From assembly GCA_964016885.1 (NCBI GenBank), contig OZ024742.1:343356001-343420000 (forward strand): a stretch of DNA of 64,000 nt, in the 5' to 3' direction. Positions within the stretch are counted from its first letter, which is position 1. Every line of letters begins with the position of its first letter. The translations under genes were made by a program, and so were the position numbers. Positions 1 to 13,327 of the stretch are shown here, piece by piece. The stretch comes from Eledone cirrhosa (taxonomy: Eukaryota). The notes under the pieces are model-generated. The model ran no database searches, had not been told where the DNA came from, and saw only the letters and a list, made by a program, of their open reading frames with translations.

Positions 1-2570
1 AACACTAAACTAAACACTAACGCTAACAGAAATACTAACACAAATATTAACACAAAAACAAAGACTAACGCTAACACAATCACTAACACTAATGGAAACA
101 TCAAACACTAATGCTAACAGAGATACTAACACAAATATTAACACAAAAACAAACACTAACACAATCTCTAACACTAAAACTAACATTAACTTGAACACTA
201 ACACTAACCTGAAAACTAAGCTAACATTAACCTCAACACTAACACAAACACTCATGCTAACACTAACAGAAATACTAATACTAACATTAACACAAAAACA
301 AAGACTAACGCTAACACAATCACTAACACTAATGGAAACATTAATCACTAATGCTAACAGAGATACTAACACAATCTCTAACACTAACCTTAACACTAAA
401 ACTAACATTAACACTTACACTAAAACTAACATTAACCTAAACACTAGCACTTAACACTACCATAAACAGTAACACAAACACTAACACTGATCTGAGCACT
501 AACAGTAACACTAACACTACCATAAAAACTAACACTAGAAAAACACTAACACTAACACTAAAACTGATACTAACCAGAAAACTAAGCTAACATTAACCTC
601 AACACTAAAACAAACACTAACATTAACAGAAAAACAAAGACTAGCACTAACACTAATGGAAACACTAACACAAACATTAACACAAAATAAAACACTAACA
701 CTAATGGAAAAAATAAAACTAACACTACCGTAAACACTAACACTAACAAAAATGCTAACACTAATACAAAATCAAACACTAACACGAACACTAATGGAAA
801 CACTAACACCAACGCTGACACTGACAAAGATGCCTATGCTGGCACAAACGCTTGCGCAAATATTGACACTATCGCTTACGCTGACACAAACACTAACGTG
901 AATACTGATGCAGGTGCAAGGGCGAATGCTGACAAAAACTCTGACACACACACTGATGTAAATGCTACACAGACTCTAACGCTGACGTGGACACTGACAC
1001 AAATGCTCACGCTGATGCAAACACTAAAGCAAATGCAGACACTAATGCAAACACAGACGCAAATGTTGATGCAGATGTTAAAACAAACGCAAATGCTGAC
1101 GCAAACGATGACAGCGATGCTAATGTGAACCTTAACGCAGACGTAAACATTGACGTAGAAGCTAAAGAAAATACTGATGCAAACACTAATGAAAATGCTG
1201 ACACAGACGCTAACACACGTTAACACAGATGCTAACGTAAACACTTACGCAGATGCTAATATAAACACTGACGCAGACGCTGACACAGCTGCTAACACAT
1301 GTTGACGTTAACGTAAACGATGACGCAGACGCAAATGTAAACGCTGACCCTGATGTAGATGTAAATACAGACGCTGACGTAGAAGCTAACACAAACGCTG
1401 ACACAGACACTAATGTAAGCGCTGACGTAGATGCTGACGTAGAAGCTAACGTAAACGATGACGTAGTTGTTAACGTAGAAGCAGGCGTAGAAGTTAGCGT
1501 TTACCCTTACCGCCGAAGCTGATCTCCAAAACGCAATTGCTGATGCGGATTGCTGAAGCCAAAGCCAAGCTAACGCTGACGCAAATGTTGAGGCAGTTTT
1601 GCCGGCGCTGACGCAAATGCTGATGCGGACGCTAGGGCTAAGGCTAACGCTAACGCTGACGCAAATGCTGAAGTTAACGCTTACATGGGATATGCAGACG
1701 CTGCAATGATGCGGACGCCACAGGAAAGGTTAATGGAAACGCTAATGCTAACGGAAACGCTGACGTAGACGTTACGGAAATACTGACGTAGAAGCTAATG
1801 TACACGCTGACACAGATGCTAACGTAAATACTGATGTAGAAGCTAACAGAAATACTGACGTAGAAGCTAATGTACACGCTGACACAGATGCTAACGTAAA
1901 TACTGATATAGATGCTAACGTAAATACTGATGTAGAAGCTAACGGAAACACTGATATAGATGCTAACGTAAACACTGACACAGACGCTAACGGAAATGCT
2001 GACAAAGACGTTAAAGGAAATGCTGTCGCAAACGCTAATGTTAATGTGAATGCTGATGCTGACGCAAATGCAAACGCTGATGCTAACACTGACTCAAACA
2101 CTAATGCAAATGCTGACGTGCACGCTGATGCAAACACTGACACTGAGGGAAATGCTGACACTGACACAAGTGCTGACACGGACGCTAATGATAATGCTGA
2201 TGTAGACGCAGGCACTGAAACAAACACTAATGTTGACTTAGACGCTAAGGGAAATGCTGACACAATCACTATCACCAATGCAGACGCCGACGCAAATGCT
2301 GACACTTACGCAAACACTAAGGCTAATCCAAACACTAACGCAGATGCTAACACCAGTCTACATAGACACTAACACAAAAGCTTACATAGATGCTTATGCA
2401 AATGCTAACGCTGATGCAGACAGTAACATAAACAGTAACTGTAAGAGTTACAGTTACAGTAACACTAACAGTAACAGTAATGCTAACAGTAACACAGTCA
2501 CTAACAATAAACTTACCATTAACAGTAAAACTTACCCTAATACTAACCCCAAATCTAACATTAATCTGGA
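1..2570. repeat. Degenerate hexamer-periodic low-complexity tract (AACACT grading to GACGCT/GCTAAC, then AACAGT), copy 1
   Basis: 6-nt periodicity throughout; the ORFs are short NT/AD/TL-rich frames broken by shifts; a closely similar tract lies at ~38700-41570. Confidence 0.85.
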
Positions 2571-2639
2571 GAAAAAGTCATTTGCAATCACATTTAAGGT
2601 CACTCTTTAAGATATAGGAGATAGGCATTACATTTTAAT

Positions 2640-5350
2640 GATTTTAATTTAAAGAGAATCATGCTATACGATGCAACACAATAACACACCACACCACACT
2701 AACCTACACTACACCAAACCAGATTATACCATACCTTGGTAAATTTATGATAGGTTTCCATGTTATAACTACACCAAACTAAACAATACCAAACTACACC
2801 AAACCAAACTACACCATAACAAACTACACCATACTACATCACACCATGCTATTGAACTCAGTGTGAAAAATTTTCTTCCTGCTTTTTTTGTCTTTTTTTG
2901 TGTGTGTGCTTACCACCCAATCTGACATTAAAAGTGTTCGCAATTAACTATTTTTTGCACATATTATCAATGAAGACTTTGAAACCTGTTGAAAATGACT
3001 AGCTTTGTAGAAAAAAGAGGGCGGAAAGTGGGTGGAAATACCATTCACAAAGCTTGTCATTTTTTATTGCAGTGAAAGTCATATTTGTTGTTAATATGGT
3101 AATGGAGGCACATGGCTTAGTGGTTAGAGCATTGGCCTTGCAATCGAAAGGTTGTGAGTTCAATTCTCAGACCAGGTGGTGTGTTGTTTCATTGAGCAAA
3201 ACACTTTATTTCACATAGCTCCAGTTTACTCAGCTGTAGAAATGAGATGATAGGGTCTGGGGTCCCTATCATTCCACTACAAAGTGGTCGTGTAGGTGCC
3301 ACGGCAAAAACCACCCAGCACTCACTGTAAATGAGGTTGGTGTTAGGAAGGGCATCCAGCTGTAGAAATCAAGCCAGAATCAGTTCCCGTCCCACCCTTG
3401 CAAGCAGGGAAAAGTGGACGTAAAATGATGATGATGATGATGATGAGGTATATGTGAAAGCATAGTCGGCTGTGAGCATGTTGGAGGTTGGAAAACCATA
3501 CCACATTAAACTACATATCAAACTACACCATACCAAACTACACCATACTACATCACACCATGCTATTAATCTCAGTGAGAACATTTTTTCTTCCTGTTTT
3601 TTTTTTTCCTGTGTGTGTGTGCTTACCACCCAATCTGATATCAAAGGTACTCACAAATGACTATTTTTTTACACATTATCAATGTATATAACATGGAAAC
3701 CTATCATTTGCAATAGGTTCCCATGTCATAACTACACCAATCCAAACCACACCATAACAAACTACACCATTCTACATCACACCATGCTTTTGATCTCAGT
3801 GTGAAAAATTTTCTTACTGTTTCTTTTTTTTTGTGTGTGTTCTTACCACCCAATCTGACATCAAAGGTGCAGCAATTGACTATTTTTCTCATATATCAAT
3901 AATTATGAAATGGAAAACTGTCGAAAATGACTAGCTTTGTAGAAAAAAGAGAGTGGATGTGGGTGGAAATACCATTTACAAAGCTAGTCATTTTTTATTA
4001 ATATGCTAAAAGCATAGTCCACTGCGAGCATCTTGGAATTTGTATTAGTTGATAGCACATGCAAAAGTGAAGGAAAAAATTTTTTTCTTACATAAATCAA
4101 AGTGGAAATTTAATTCCTTACTTATAACAAGGCACACCACAGCACATTAATCTACCCCAAACCACACCATATCAAACAGCACCATATTATGGTAAATTTA
4201 TTACAGAACACCTACTCCTATCATTTACATCACACCATGGTATGGACATCAATGTGACAAATTTGCTACCTGCTTTTTTTTTTTTTTTTGTGGTTACCAC
4301 CCAAACTAACATCAAAGGTGCTTGCAAATGACTATTTTCCCACATTATCAATGAATATGACATGGGAATCTATCGTTTACAATTGGTTTCCATTTCATAA
4401 CTTCACCAAACCAAACCACACCATACCAAGTTACACCATACTATATCACACCAAGCTATTGATCTTGGAGTGAAACATTTTTTTCCCGTTTCCTTTTTTT
4501 TTTTCTGTGTGCTTACCACCCAATCTGACATTAAAGGTGCTCCCAATTTACTTTTTTTTTTCACATATCAATAATTATGACATGGAAACCTGTCGAAAAT
4601 GACTATCTTTGTAGAAACTTCACCAAACCACACCATACTACATCACACCAAGATATTGATTTTGGTGTGACATATTTTCATCTGGCATTTTTTTTTTTTT
4701 TTGTGCTTACCACCCAATTTGACATAAAAGGTGCTCGCAAATTACTATTTTATGCACATATTATCAATGGTTATGACATGGAAACCTGATGAAAATGACT
4801 AGCTTTGTAGAAAAAAGAGGGAGGATGTGGGTGGAAATACCATTTACAAAGCTAGTCATTTTTTATTGCAGCGGAAGTCATATTTTTTGTTAATATGCTA
4901 AAAGCATAGTCCACTGCGAGCATCTTGGAAGTTGATAGCAAAAATGAAGGAAAAATTTTTTTTCTAACATAAATCAAAGTGGAAATTTAAATCCTCACTT
5001 ATAACAAAGCACACCACAGCACATTAATCTACCCCAATCCACACCATATACTGCACCATAACCATACTTCACCATATGGTAAATTTATTACAGAATACCT
5101 ACTCCTACCATTTACATCACACCAATACTCGCACTTGACTATTTTTTTCACATATTATGAATGAATATAACTTTCAAACCTATCGTCAATGATTAGCTTT
5201 GTAGCAAAATGAAGGCAGAAAGTGGGTGGAAAAACCATTCACAAAGCTAGTCATTTTTAATTGCAGTGGAAATCATGTTCGTTGTTAATATGCTAAAAAA
5301 ATAGCCAATTGCAAGCATTTTGGAGGTCGGATTAGTTGATAGGACATAAA
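2640..5350. repeat. Complex tandem array mixing CACCA-type pentamers with repeated blocks (CTTACCACCCAATCTGACAT; AAAATGACTAGCTTTGTAGAAA; GAGCATCTTGGA...GTTGATAGCACAT)
   Basis: The blocks recur many times; the same motifs occur in the arms of the foldback element at 33500-34630; an expanded paralog lies at ~41660-45510. Confidence 0.75.
3104..3445 (+). mobile_element. tRNA-derived CORE-like SINE (family A) with RTE-type 3' tail
   Basis: A-box-like TGGCTTAGTGG and B-box-like GAGTTCAATTC; CORE-like block (T/C)TTGAGCAA.ACACTTT...CAGCTGTAGAAATG; tail GTTGGTGTTAGGAAGGGCATCCAGCTGTAGAAA...(GAT)n shared with the RTE LINEs. Confidence 0.85.
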
Positions 5351-5489
5351 AAAAAAAGGAAAACAAAGGAAAACAAATATTGTCTATATGTTCCTGTGGA
5401 AAGTCGGGTCTTCTGTATTACTGTGTGACGCCAGACATCATGGTCGTGTGTCATTGCCCTTGAGAGGTGCAATTGGGAAAGGTCGGGTT

Positions 5490-5735
5490 AGAAATATTTA
5501 CTTCTGCGTTCACAGATTGATTTTTTTTAGTTTCAGAAGATCCCATTAAGAGTGAAAGCAGCCGATTCTTTGCTTAAACTTTAATCTGTTATTTTAATAA
5601 ATATTTGCTCTACGGTTCTTATATAATTGATATATATTTATCCCTATCGAGCCCTCTTTGGATTTTAGTCTTTATATGTATTATTACTAATATATATATA
5701 TATATATAGTGTGTGTATGTATATATTAGTTTATA

Positions 5736-5767
<32 letters not shown>

Positions 5768-6720
5768 CATACATATATAAGGAGAGCATTGGCCTTGCAA
5801 TCGAAAGGTTGTGAGTTCAATTCTCACACCGGGTGATGTGTTGTTTCCTTGAGCAAGACACTTTATTTCACATTGCTCCAGTTTACTCAGCTGTAGAAAT
5901 GAGATGATAGGACTGGGGTCCCTATCATGTGTCATTGCCCTTGAGAGGTGCAATTGGGAAAGGTTGGGTTAGAAATATTTATTTCTGCATTCACAGATTG
6001 ATTTTTTTTTTAGTTTCAGAAGATCCCATTAAGGGTGAAAGCAGCCGATTCTTTGCTTAAACTTTAATCTGTTATTTTAATAAATATTTGCTCTATGGTT
6101 CTTATATATTTGATATATATTTATCCTTATCAAGCCCTCTTTGGATGTTAGTCTTCAAATTTATTATTATTACTATTTGGCTCCCTTGACTGAGTACTCT
6201 ATTGACTTATATTCATCATGCAGAAACAACATCTGAATATTTCTATAAAGAACATACCCGTACCAAGCAGGAAGAAATACATAAAACTACGTCTCCACGA
6301 ACCAAAGTATTGCCTTCCTGTCTTCCTTCGGTTGCAACGTTTTTCGAAATATTTACTTCTGCGTTCACAGATTGATTTTTTTTTAGTTTCAGAAGATCCC
6401 ATTAAGGGTGAAAGCAGCTGATTCTTTGCTTAAACTTTAATCATCATCATCATCATCATCATCAGGTTTAGCGTCCGTGTTCCACGCTTGCATGGGTTTG
6501 GACGGGGGTTTTCCCACTTGAGGCAAGAGTGGTTGTCTTGCTCGCATAGGACTGTTATTTAATAAATATTTGCTCTACAGTTCTTATATAATTGATATAT
6601 ATTTATCCCTATCGAGCCCTCTTTGGATTTTAGTCTTCATATGTATTATTACTAATATATATATATATATATATATATATAATGTGTGTGTGTGTGTATA
6701 TATTAGTTTATATATATGTG
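5490..6720 (+). mobile_element. Penelope-like pseudo-LTR relic, locally triplicated, with hammerhead-like motif and putative ORF start
   Basis: A ~250-bp block repeats at ~5490, ~5970 and ~6345, each with AGTTT-CAGAAGA-TCCC...TGAAA-GCA...TGC-TT-AAACT; ORF 6218 begins MQKQHLNISIKNIPVPSRKKY, resembling from memory the YSLKNIPxPS N-terminus of Penelope-like ORFs. Confidence 0.5.
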
Positions 6721-6840
6721 TGTATATCATCATCATCATCATCATCACCGTTTTACGTCCGTTCTTCCACGCTAGCATGGGTTAGACGGGTTGTCCTGTT
6801 GCAGTGTTTACCTACGTGTCCGTTAAAATCTCATACATAT

Positions 6841-7203
6841 TGAGAGCATTGGCCTTGCAATCGAAAGGTCGTGAGTTCAATTCTCACACCGGGTGATGTG
6901 TTGTTTCCTTGAGCAAGACACTTTATTACACATTGCTCCAGTTTACTCAGCTGTAGAAATGAGATGATAGGACTGGGGTCCCAATCATTCCACTGCAAAG
7001 TGGTCGTGGAGGTGCCACGGCAAAAAAGCACCCAGCCCGCACTGTGAAGTAGATGTGGAGGTGCCACGGGAAAAAAGCACCTAGCACTCACTGTAAATGA
7101 GGTTGGTGTTAGGAAGGGCATCCAGCTGTAGAAATGAGGCCAGAATCAGTTCCTGTCCCACCCTTGCAAGCAGGGAAAAAGTGGACATGAAATGAAATGA
7201 TGA
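6841..7203 (+). mobile_element. SINE family A, 5'-truncated
   Basis: Same sequence as 3104-3445. Confidence 0.8.
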
Positions 7204-7204
7204 A

Positions 7205-7545
7205 TACTCCCAGCTGTGGTCACCCCCATAGTATCAAACTAACCATGGAGCTTGAAGCAATCCAATGAAGCTACACCAAGAAGGTTGCTACGATGAAGGA
7301 GATAAACTACTGGGAGAGTCTAAAAGAACTGAAACTCTACTCCTCAGAATGAAGACGGGAGAGATATGCAATTATATACATATGGAAAATCCTGGGGGAA
7401 CTAAGACCAAACTTTCGCATTGAGAGCTGGACCAATTCTCGAACAGGACGTCACTGTGTGGTACCAAAGGTTCCGTCTTCCACATCTAGAATCAGGGGCA
7501 GCTATTGCAATAGCCTGGGGTTCAAAGGCCCTCAACTTGGTTTTC
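7205..7545 (+). mobile_element. CR1-type LINE fragment (ORF2 C-terminal region)
   Basis: Degenerate translation YWESLKELKLYS..RRERYAIIYIWKI; homologous to the minus-strand copy at 13726-14303; paralog at ~46258-46590. Confidence 0.65.
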
Positions 7546-7664
7546 AAAATTTAAATTTGTGTTTCCTATTCATCATCATCATTTTATGTCATCATCATTT
7601 TATTTCATCATCATCATTTTATTCATCATCATCATTTTATTTCATCATCATCATTTTATGTCAG

Positions 7665-8730
7665 TTCTTCTACGCTAACATGGGTTGTCCTGTTGTGGGC
7701 AGTTTCCGGTCTGCTGACCTTGTCTTGCTCATACGGGAACTGATTCTGGCTGGATGCCCTTCCTAACACCAACCTCATTTACAGTGAGTGCTGGGTGTTT
7801 TTTTTTTTTGCCGTGGAATGATAAGGACCCCAGTCCTATCATCTCATTTCTACAGTGAGTACTGGGTGTTTTTTGTTGTGATTCCTCCACGACTACTTTA
7901 CAGTGTGGACTGGGTGTTTTTTACCGTGTCACTATCACAACCACTTTACAGTGTTTCGGCCTGTTCTCATGAAAGATATATTGGCGGGTGGGATGGAGTG
8001 GTGCATACTGTATGTATGTTTCAGCCTTGGCCTGGGCCTCTGGGAAGTTGGGGTTTCTGTATTACCTCATAACGCCAGAGCTCTTGGTCCTGTGTCATTG
8101 CCTTTCAGAGGTGCAATTGGGCAAGGTCGGCTTTTATCAGTTCATCTCAAGTCTTTCTGGGACTTTATGTAGCTGTCATCCTTCATACGAATCACATGTC
8201 CATACCAACATAATCTCCTCTCCTGCACACATTTGATTCCTCTTATGCCTAGTTTCTCTTTCAGTTTGTTTATGTTTTGCTGTTCGTGTATATTACTATT
8301 ACACATCCATCGGAGCATACAAGCTTCATTCCTTTCTTATCTTCGCAAGTCTTCTACACACAGTGCCCAGCTCTCACTACCATACAACATTGCCGTTCAT
8401 ATGCACACATCATACAGTCTACCTTTTATTCTGATGGAAAAGCCTTTTGTATCCAGCTGTGGCAGTAGCACTCTCAACTTCTTCCATCCCGTTCTTTCAG
8501 AACCCCCCCCCTCCGCTGCTAATTCGGTATTGTTTATACCAAGTCCTCCCAGACTTTGATATCACTTGTTTTCAGTGATTGTCTGCTGCTTACTATCCTG
8601 GTGCAACTGCTACATGTAAAGCCTACATTCTTAACAAAACTTTCTGAGATCCCACTACATCTCTTGTGTACCCATAGTTTGCATATGGGGCAGAGGATGG
8701 AGTTTCTACCTACACCTCTCCTACATAATG
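7665..8730 (-). mobile_element. Degraded 3' fragment of PHD-containing RTE LINE
   Basis: CRRGVGRNSILCPICKLWVHKRCSG in ORF 8534-8827, plus RTE 3' UTR motifs; paralog at ~46690-47870. Confidence 0.8.
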
Positions 8731-8732
8731 AG

Positions 8733-8764
<32 letters not shown>

Positions 8765-8782
8765 CACACACATATACATATA

Positions 8783-9630
8783 TACTAGCCGAATTACCAG
8801 CGCCTTGCTGCGTTTCACACATTTCACAGACTTTTTTTGTAAGAAATGATGATTGATTTTAAATCAGTGATATAATTTATGGAGAAAAACTTAATATTAC
8901 TCAATGTAAAATATAATGCATGAAAAATTGGAAAACATCATTTTTTGTAATATATCAAATCAAAATTGCATTATTAAATCTTATTCTTATTTTGTTTCTT
9001 GTAAATAATTTTTTTCAAAATATCAATTGAAAACTTTTGTGAATAGGCATCATATCTTGTCATTTACCTATGGTTTAAGTTTCATATAAATCGAAAGGGA
9101 AAAGTTTTCAGCAGGGGTTTGTACCCCGGAGGAACCCTAATAGGGGGTTTAACCACCATTAAAGTGTCTTATAGTATTGAAATTTTGTGAATAGGCATCA
9201 TATCTATTCATTTATCTATGGTTAAAATTGCATATAAATCGAACCGAAAAAATTTTCAGCAGGGATTTTGTGCCCCCTGGTGAACCCTAATAGGGGGTTT
9301 AACCCCATTAGGGTATTTTAATTTTATTGAAATTTATTGAAATTTTGTGAATAGGCATCATATCTTGTCATTTACCTATGGTTTAAATTTCATATAAATC
9401 GAAGGTAAAGTTTCAGCGGCGGTTTTGTGCCTCCGATGAACCCTTTGATTAAAATGAAATATACTTATACAAGTACCCTGGGCAATGTAGTTTCAGAATA
9501 TATATGGTTATGGGGGTCTATCTCCTAAACCATAGGAGGAGTTCATAAAATCTTGTCCTATTTATTGGCCAAACTTTTCACTATAGGGCGTTTAACCTCC
9601 ATTAGGGTGTCTTAATATTATTGAAATTTG
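8783..9630. mobile_element. Non-autonomous Helitron-like/DNA element with internal subrepeats
   Basis: Begins ACTAGC followed by a GC-rich patch; internal block TTTTGTGAATAGGCATCATATC...CATATAAATCGAA occurs three times; paralog at ~47920-48912. The family assignment is from memory only. Confidence 0.4.
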
Positions 9631-9650
9631 CACACACACACATATATATA

Positions 9651-11722
9651 TCATCATCATCATCATCACCGTTTTACGTCCGTTCTTCCACGCTAGCATG
9701 GGTTAGACGGGTTGTCCTGTTGTGGGCAGTGTCTGGTCGGCTGACCATGCCTTGCTCATACAGGAATTGATTTGGCTTGATTTCTACAGCTGGATGCCCT
9801 TCCTAACACCAACCTCATTTACAGTGAGTGCTGGGTGCTTTTTCGTGGCGCCTACACGTCCACTTTACAGTGTGGGCTGGGTGCTTTTTTGCCGTGGCAC
9901 CTCCACGACCACCTTGCAGTGGGAGGGTGTGGGGGAATATTGTCTATATGCTTCAGCTTGTACCCATGGCAGGTCGGGTAGTCTGTATTACTGCGTGATG
10001 CCAGAGGTCACGGTCGTGTGTCATCGCCTTGGAGAGGTGTAATTGGGTAAGGTCGGCTTTTATCAACTCATCCCAGGTCATCTTGGGTCTCCCCACTCCG
10101 CGGTTTCCATCGACTTCTAGTGCTCTGCACCTTTTTATGCAGCTGTCATTCTTCATACGCATCACATGTCCATACCAACGCAACCGCCTCTCCTGCACAC
10201 AGCATTTGATTCCTCTTATGCTCAGTCTCTCTCTCAATTAATTTATGCTTTTTCGCATATATTACTATTACACATCCATCGGAGCATGCAGGCTTCTTTT
10301 CTCTCTAATCTACGTAAGTCTTCCACCTTCAGCGCCCAGGTCTCACTACCATGTAACATTGCTGTTCGGATACACGCATCATACAGTCTGCCTTTCATTT
10401 TGAGGGAGAAGCCTTTTGCAGCTAGCAGTGGAAGTAGTTCCCTGAACTTCTTCCATCCCGTTCTTACCCTAGTTATTGTACTTTCTGAACACCCACCTCT
10501 GCTGCTAATTCGGTCACCTAGGTGACTACTGTTTCTACAGAGCCCTCCCAGAGATTGGTGGTACTTGTTTCCTGTGGCTGTTTGCTGCATGTGAAGCCTA
10601 CATTCTTAATTTAGCTTCCTGAGATCCCGCTACATCTCTTGTGTACCCATTGTTTGCATTTGGGGCAGAGAATGGAGTTCCTACCTACACCTTTCCTACA
10701 TACTGAGCAAGGCCATTTCCCTGAGGGGATCTGGGTTCTGTTTTCTCGTCTACTTACATGGACCTTAGTCTTTGTCATGTTGACTTTGAGACCCTTTCTT
10801 TCTAGTCCCTGCTTCCAAGTTTGGAATTTCTTCTCTAGTTCTACCATAGATTCAGCTATAAGTGCGAGGTCATCAGCATACAGGAGTTCCCATGGGCATC
10901 CGGTCTTAAACTCCTCCGTTATTGCCTGCAGGACTATCATGAACAGGAGAGGGCTAAGAACAGAGCTCTGGTGGACAGCAACCTGTACGCTAAATTCCTC
11001 GCTATACTCATTGCTAATCCTAATTTTGCTGACTGCTCCCCTATACATGGCTTGTACAGAGTTCCACCAGATTACAGCACGTGGAACTCTGTCAAAGGCT
11101 TTCTCGAGATCGACGAATGCCAGGTAGAGTGGCTTACTTTTAGCTAGGTACTTTTCCTGTAACTGCCTCACAAGGAAGAGCGCATCAGTGGTGCCTCTTC
11201 CTGGTACAAACCCAAATTGCATCTCATCTAGTTTCACCCGGTCCCTAATCAACTGTGCTATAACTCTTTCTGTTACTTTCATGACTTGGTCCATCAGCTT
11301 TATACCTCTATAGTTTCCTCTATCGAGTGCATCACCTTTACCTTTGTAGCAGTTGACAATGATGCTACTGCACCAATCTTTTGGTATGACACCTTCTAGT
11401 ATTACCTGGTTAACAATACGTGTGGTTATAGTGTGACCTACAGCCCCAGATACCTTCAGCATCTCGGCATCTATACCTGATGAACCGGTTGCCTTCCCCC
11501 ATCTTCATATCTTTGATTGCTTTACTTACTATGCTGCTGCTGACTTGAACTGCTGGCCCCTCTATAGGGTCTACTTGGGGTAGGGTCTCTTCTTCCCATG
11601 CATTCTCCTCATTTAGTAATCTATCATAATGACTCTTCCATGCATCTTTCTTCTCAGCACTTGTGAGGGCAAGCTCACCTTTATCATTCCTGATACACTT
11701 CTCTCCAATGACATCACAATTC
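9651..11722 (-). mobile_element. 5'-truncated RTE LINE, subfamily B (RT + PHD finger), absent from duplicate copy 2
   Basis: ORFs 10611-11462, 10243-10590 and 9953-10237 carry QFGF..GRGTTDA, DLEKAFDRV and YADDL; (GAT)n tail at ~9651-9670 read on the minus strand. Confidence 0.92.
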
Positions 11723-11741
11723 TATATATATATATACACAA

Positions 11742-11796
<55 letters not shown>

Positions 11797-11797
11797 A

Positions 11798-11827
<30 letters not shown>

Positions 11828-11828
<1 letters not shown>

Positions 11829-13112
11829 CACATGGAAGCATGGCCTAGAATCAAAAGGCCTTAAAGTTAACTTGTCTAAGACTAAAGTTCTAGTTTGTAG
11901 GAAGGATAATAGGGCACTGGTCTCATCTGAGAAATGGCCATGCTCAGTGTGTAGGAAAGGAGTAGGTAGAAACTCCATTTTATGTCCCAACTGCAAAGTA
12001 TGGGTACATAAAAGATGTAGTGGGATCACAGGTAAGCTAACTAAGAATATAGATTTTATATGTGGCCGGTGCTCTGGTGCAATAAGTAGCAGCAAGTGCC
12101 CACAGAATACTAACTCATTCCATTGCACAGATGGTTCTATAGAAATAGTGGACAGCTTCCGTTACCTGGGTGATAAAATCAGCAGTGGGGGAAGGTGCTC
12201 TGAAAGTACAGTAGCTAGAGTCAGAACGGGATGGAAAAAGTACAGAGAGCTTATACCACTATTGGCCGCTAAAGGGTTCTCTCTAAAAATGAAAGGCAGG
12301 CTGTATGATGCCTGCATACGAACAGCAATGTTACATGGCAGTGAGACCTGGGCATTGTGTGCAGAGGATATATGCAGACTGGAGAGGAACGAAGCTTGCA
12401 TGCTCCGCTGGATGTGTAATAGTAATATACGTGAACGGCAAAGCATAAACGAACTAAGGGAGAAATTAGAAATAAGAGGGATCAGATGTTTACTCGAGAG
12501 AAGACTACGTTGGTATGGTCACGTGATGCGTATGAAAGACGACAGCTGTATAAAAAAGTGCAGGGCAATAAAAATAGACGGTAACCACGGAGTAGGCAGA
12601 CCCAGAAAAACCTGGGACGACTTGATAAATTCCGACCTCACACACTTACACCTCTCCAAGACAATGTTACTGGACCGAGAGCTTTGGCGCTACACAGTAA
12701 TAGAGAAGACCCGCCTTACCTAAGTGCAAAGTGAAACCTACTACAGTCAGTAGGCACCTCTAACAAAAAACACCCCCGTCCCACTACCCCCACCCCATTC
12801 ACACCACCCCTTCAATGTAAAGTTATGTTGGTGTCACAACATCCAGCCCGAAACAAATGAGGTTGTGTAGGTGTCACGACAAAAAAAACACAGTCCACGC
12901 TGTAATTTGGCCGTGTAGGTAACACGGTAAAAACCTCCCAGTTCCACACTGTAAATGTGGTTGGTGTTAGGAAGGGCATCCAGCCGTAGAAAACCCGCCT
13001 GACAGTCCTATGCGAGCAAGATAACCACTCTTGCCTCAAGTGGGAAAACTCCCGTCCAAACCCATGCTAGCGTGGAATATGGACGTTAAACGAAGATGAT
13101 GATGATGATGAT
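11828..13112 (+). mobile_element. 5'-truncated RTE LINE, subfamily A
   Basis: Second half of ORF 11629-12723 (TWKHGLESKGLKVN...IEKTRLT), 3' UTR and (GAT)n tail; the N-terminal part of the listed ORF is microsatellite read-through. Confidence 0.92.
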
Positions 13113-13327
13113 AACACATACATACACAAACACACACATATTTATATCTTTTAGCAGAGCATTTTAATATTGCCACTCAATGAAAACCCTTTGTTTGTTT
13201 GGAATAAATGAATCTTGAAAATTAGGAGGGCCTGTCAGTGTGTATGTGTTTGACTACTTAGCATCAATTTACTACCCTCCCCTACCACCAGAAAATGTAT
13301 AAATACCACCATATTACATTGACAGTC

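Noticed and set aside
10-2610. Many V/L/S- or N/T/A/D-rich ORFs on both strands (also 38699-41384)
   Set aside because: They are products of a stop-poor hexamer repeat; no domain or splice support, so not called as CDS.
3104-3180. tRNA genes at SINE heads
   Set aside because: A/B boxes are present but continue into SINE body and tail; no convincing cloverleaf.
11629-11830. N-terminal part of the 364-aa ORF
   Set aside because: Chance read-through of antisense RTE and a (TA/CA)n tract into a truncated RTE.
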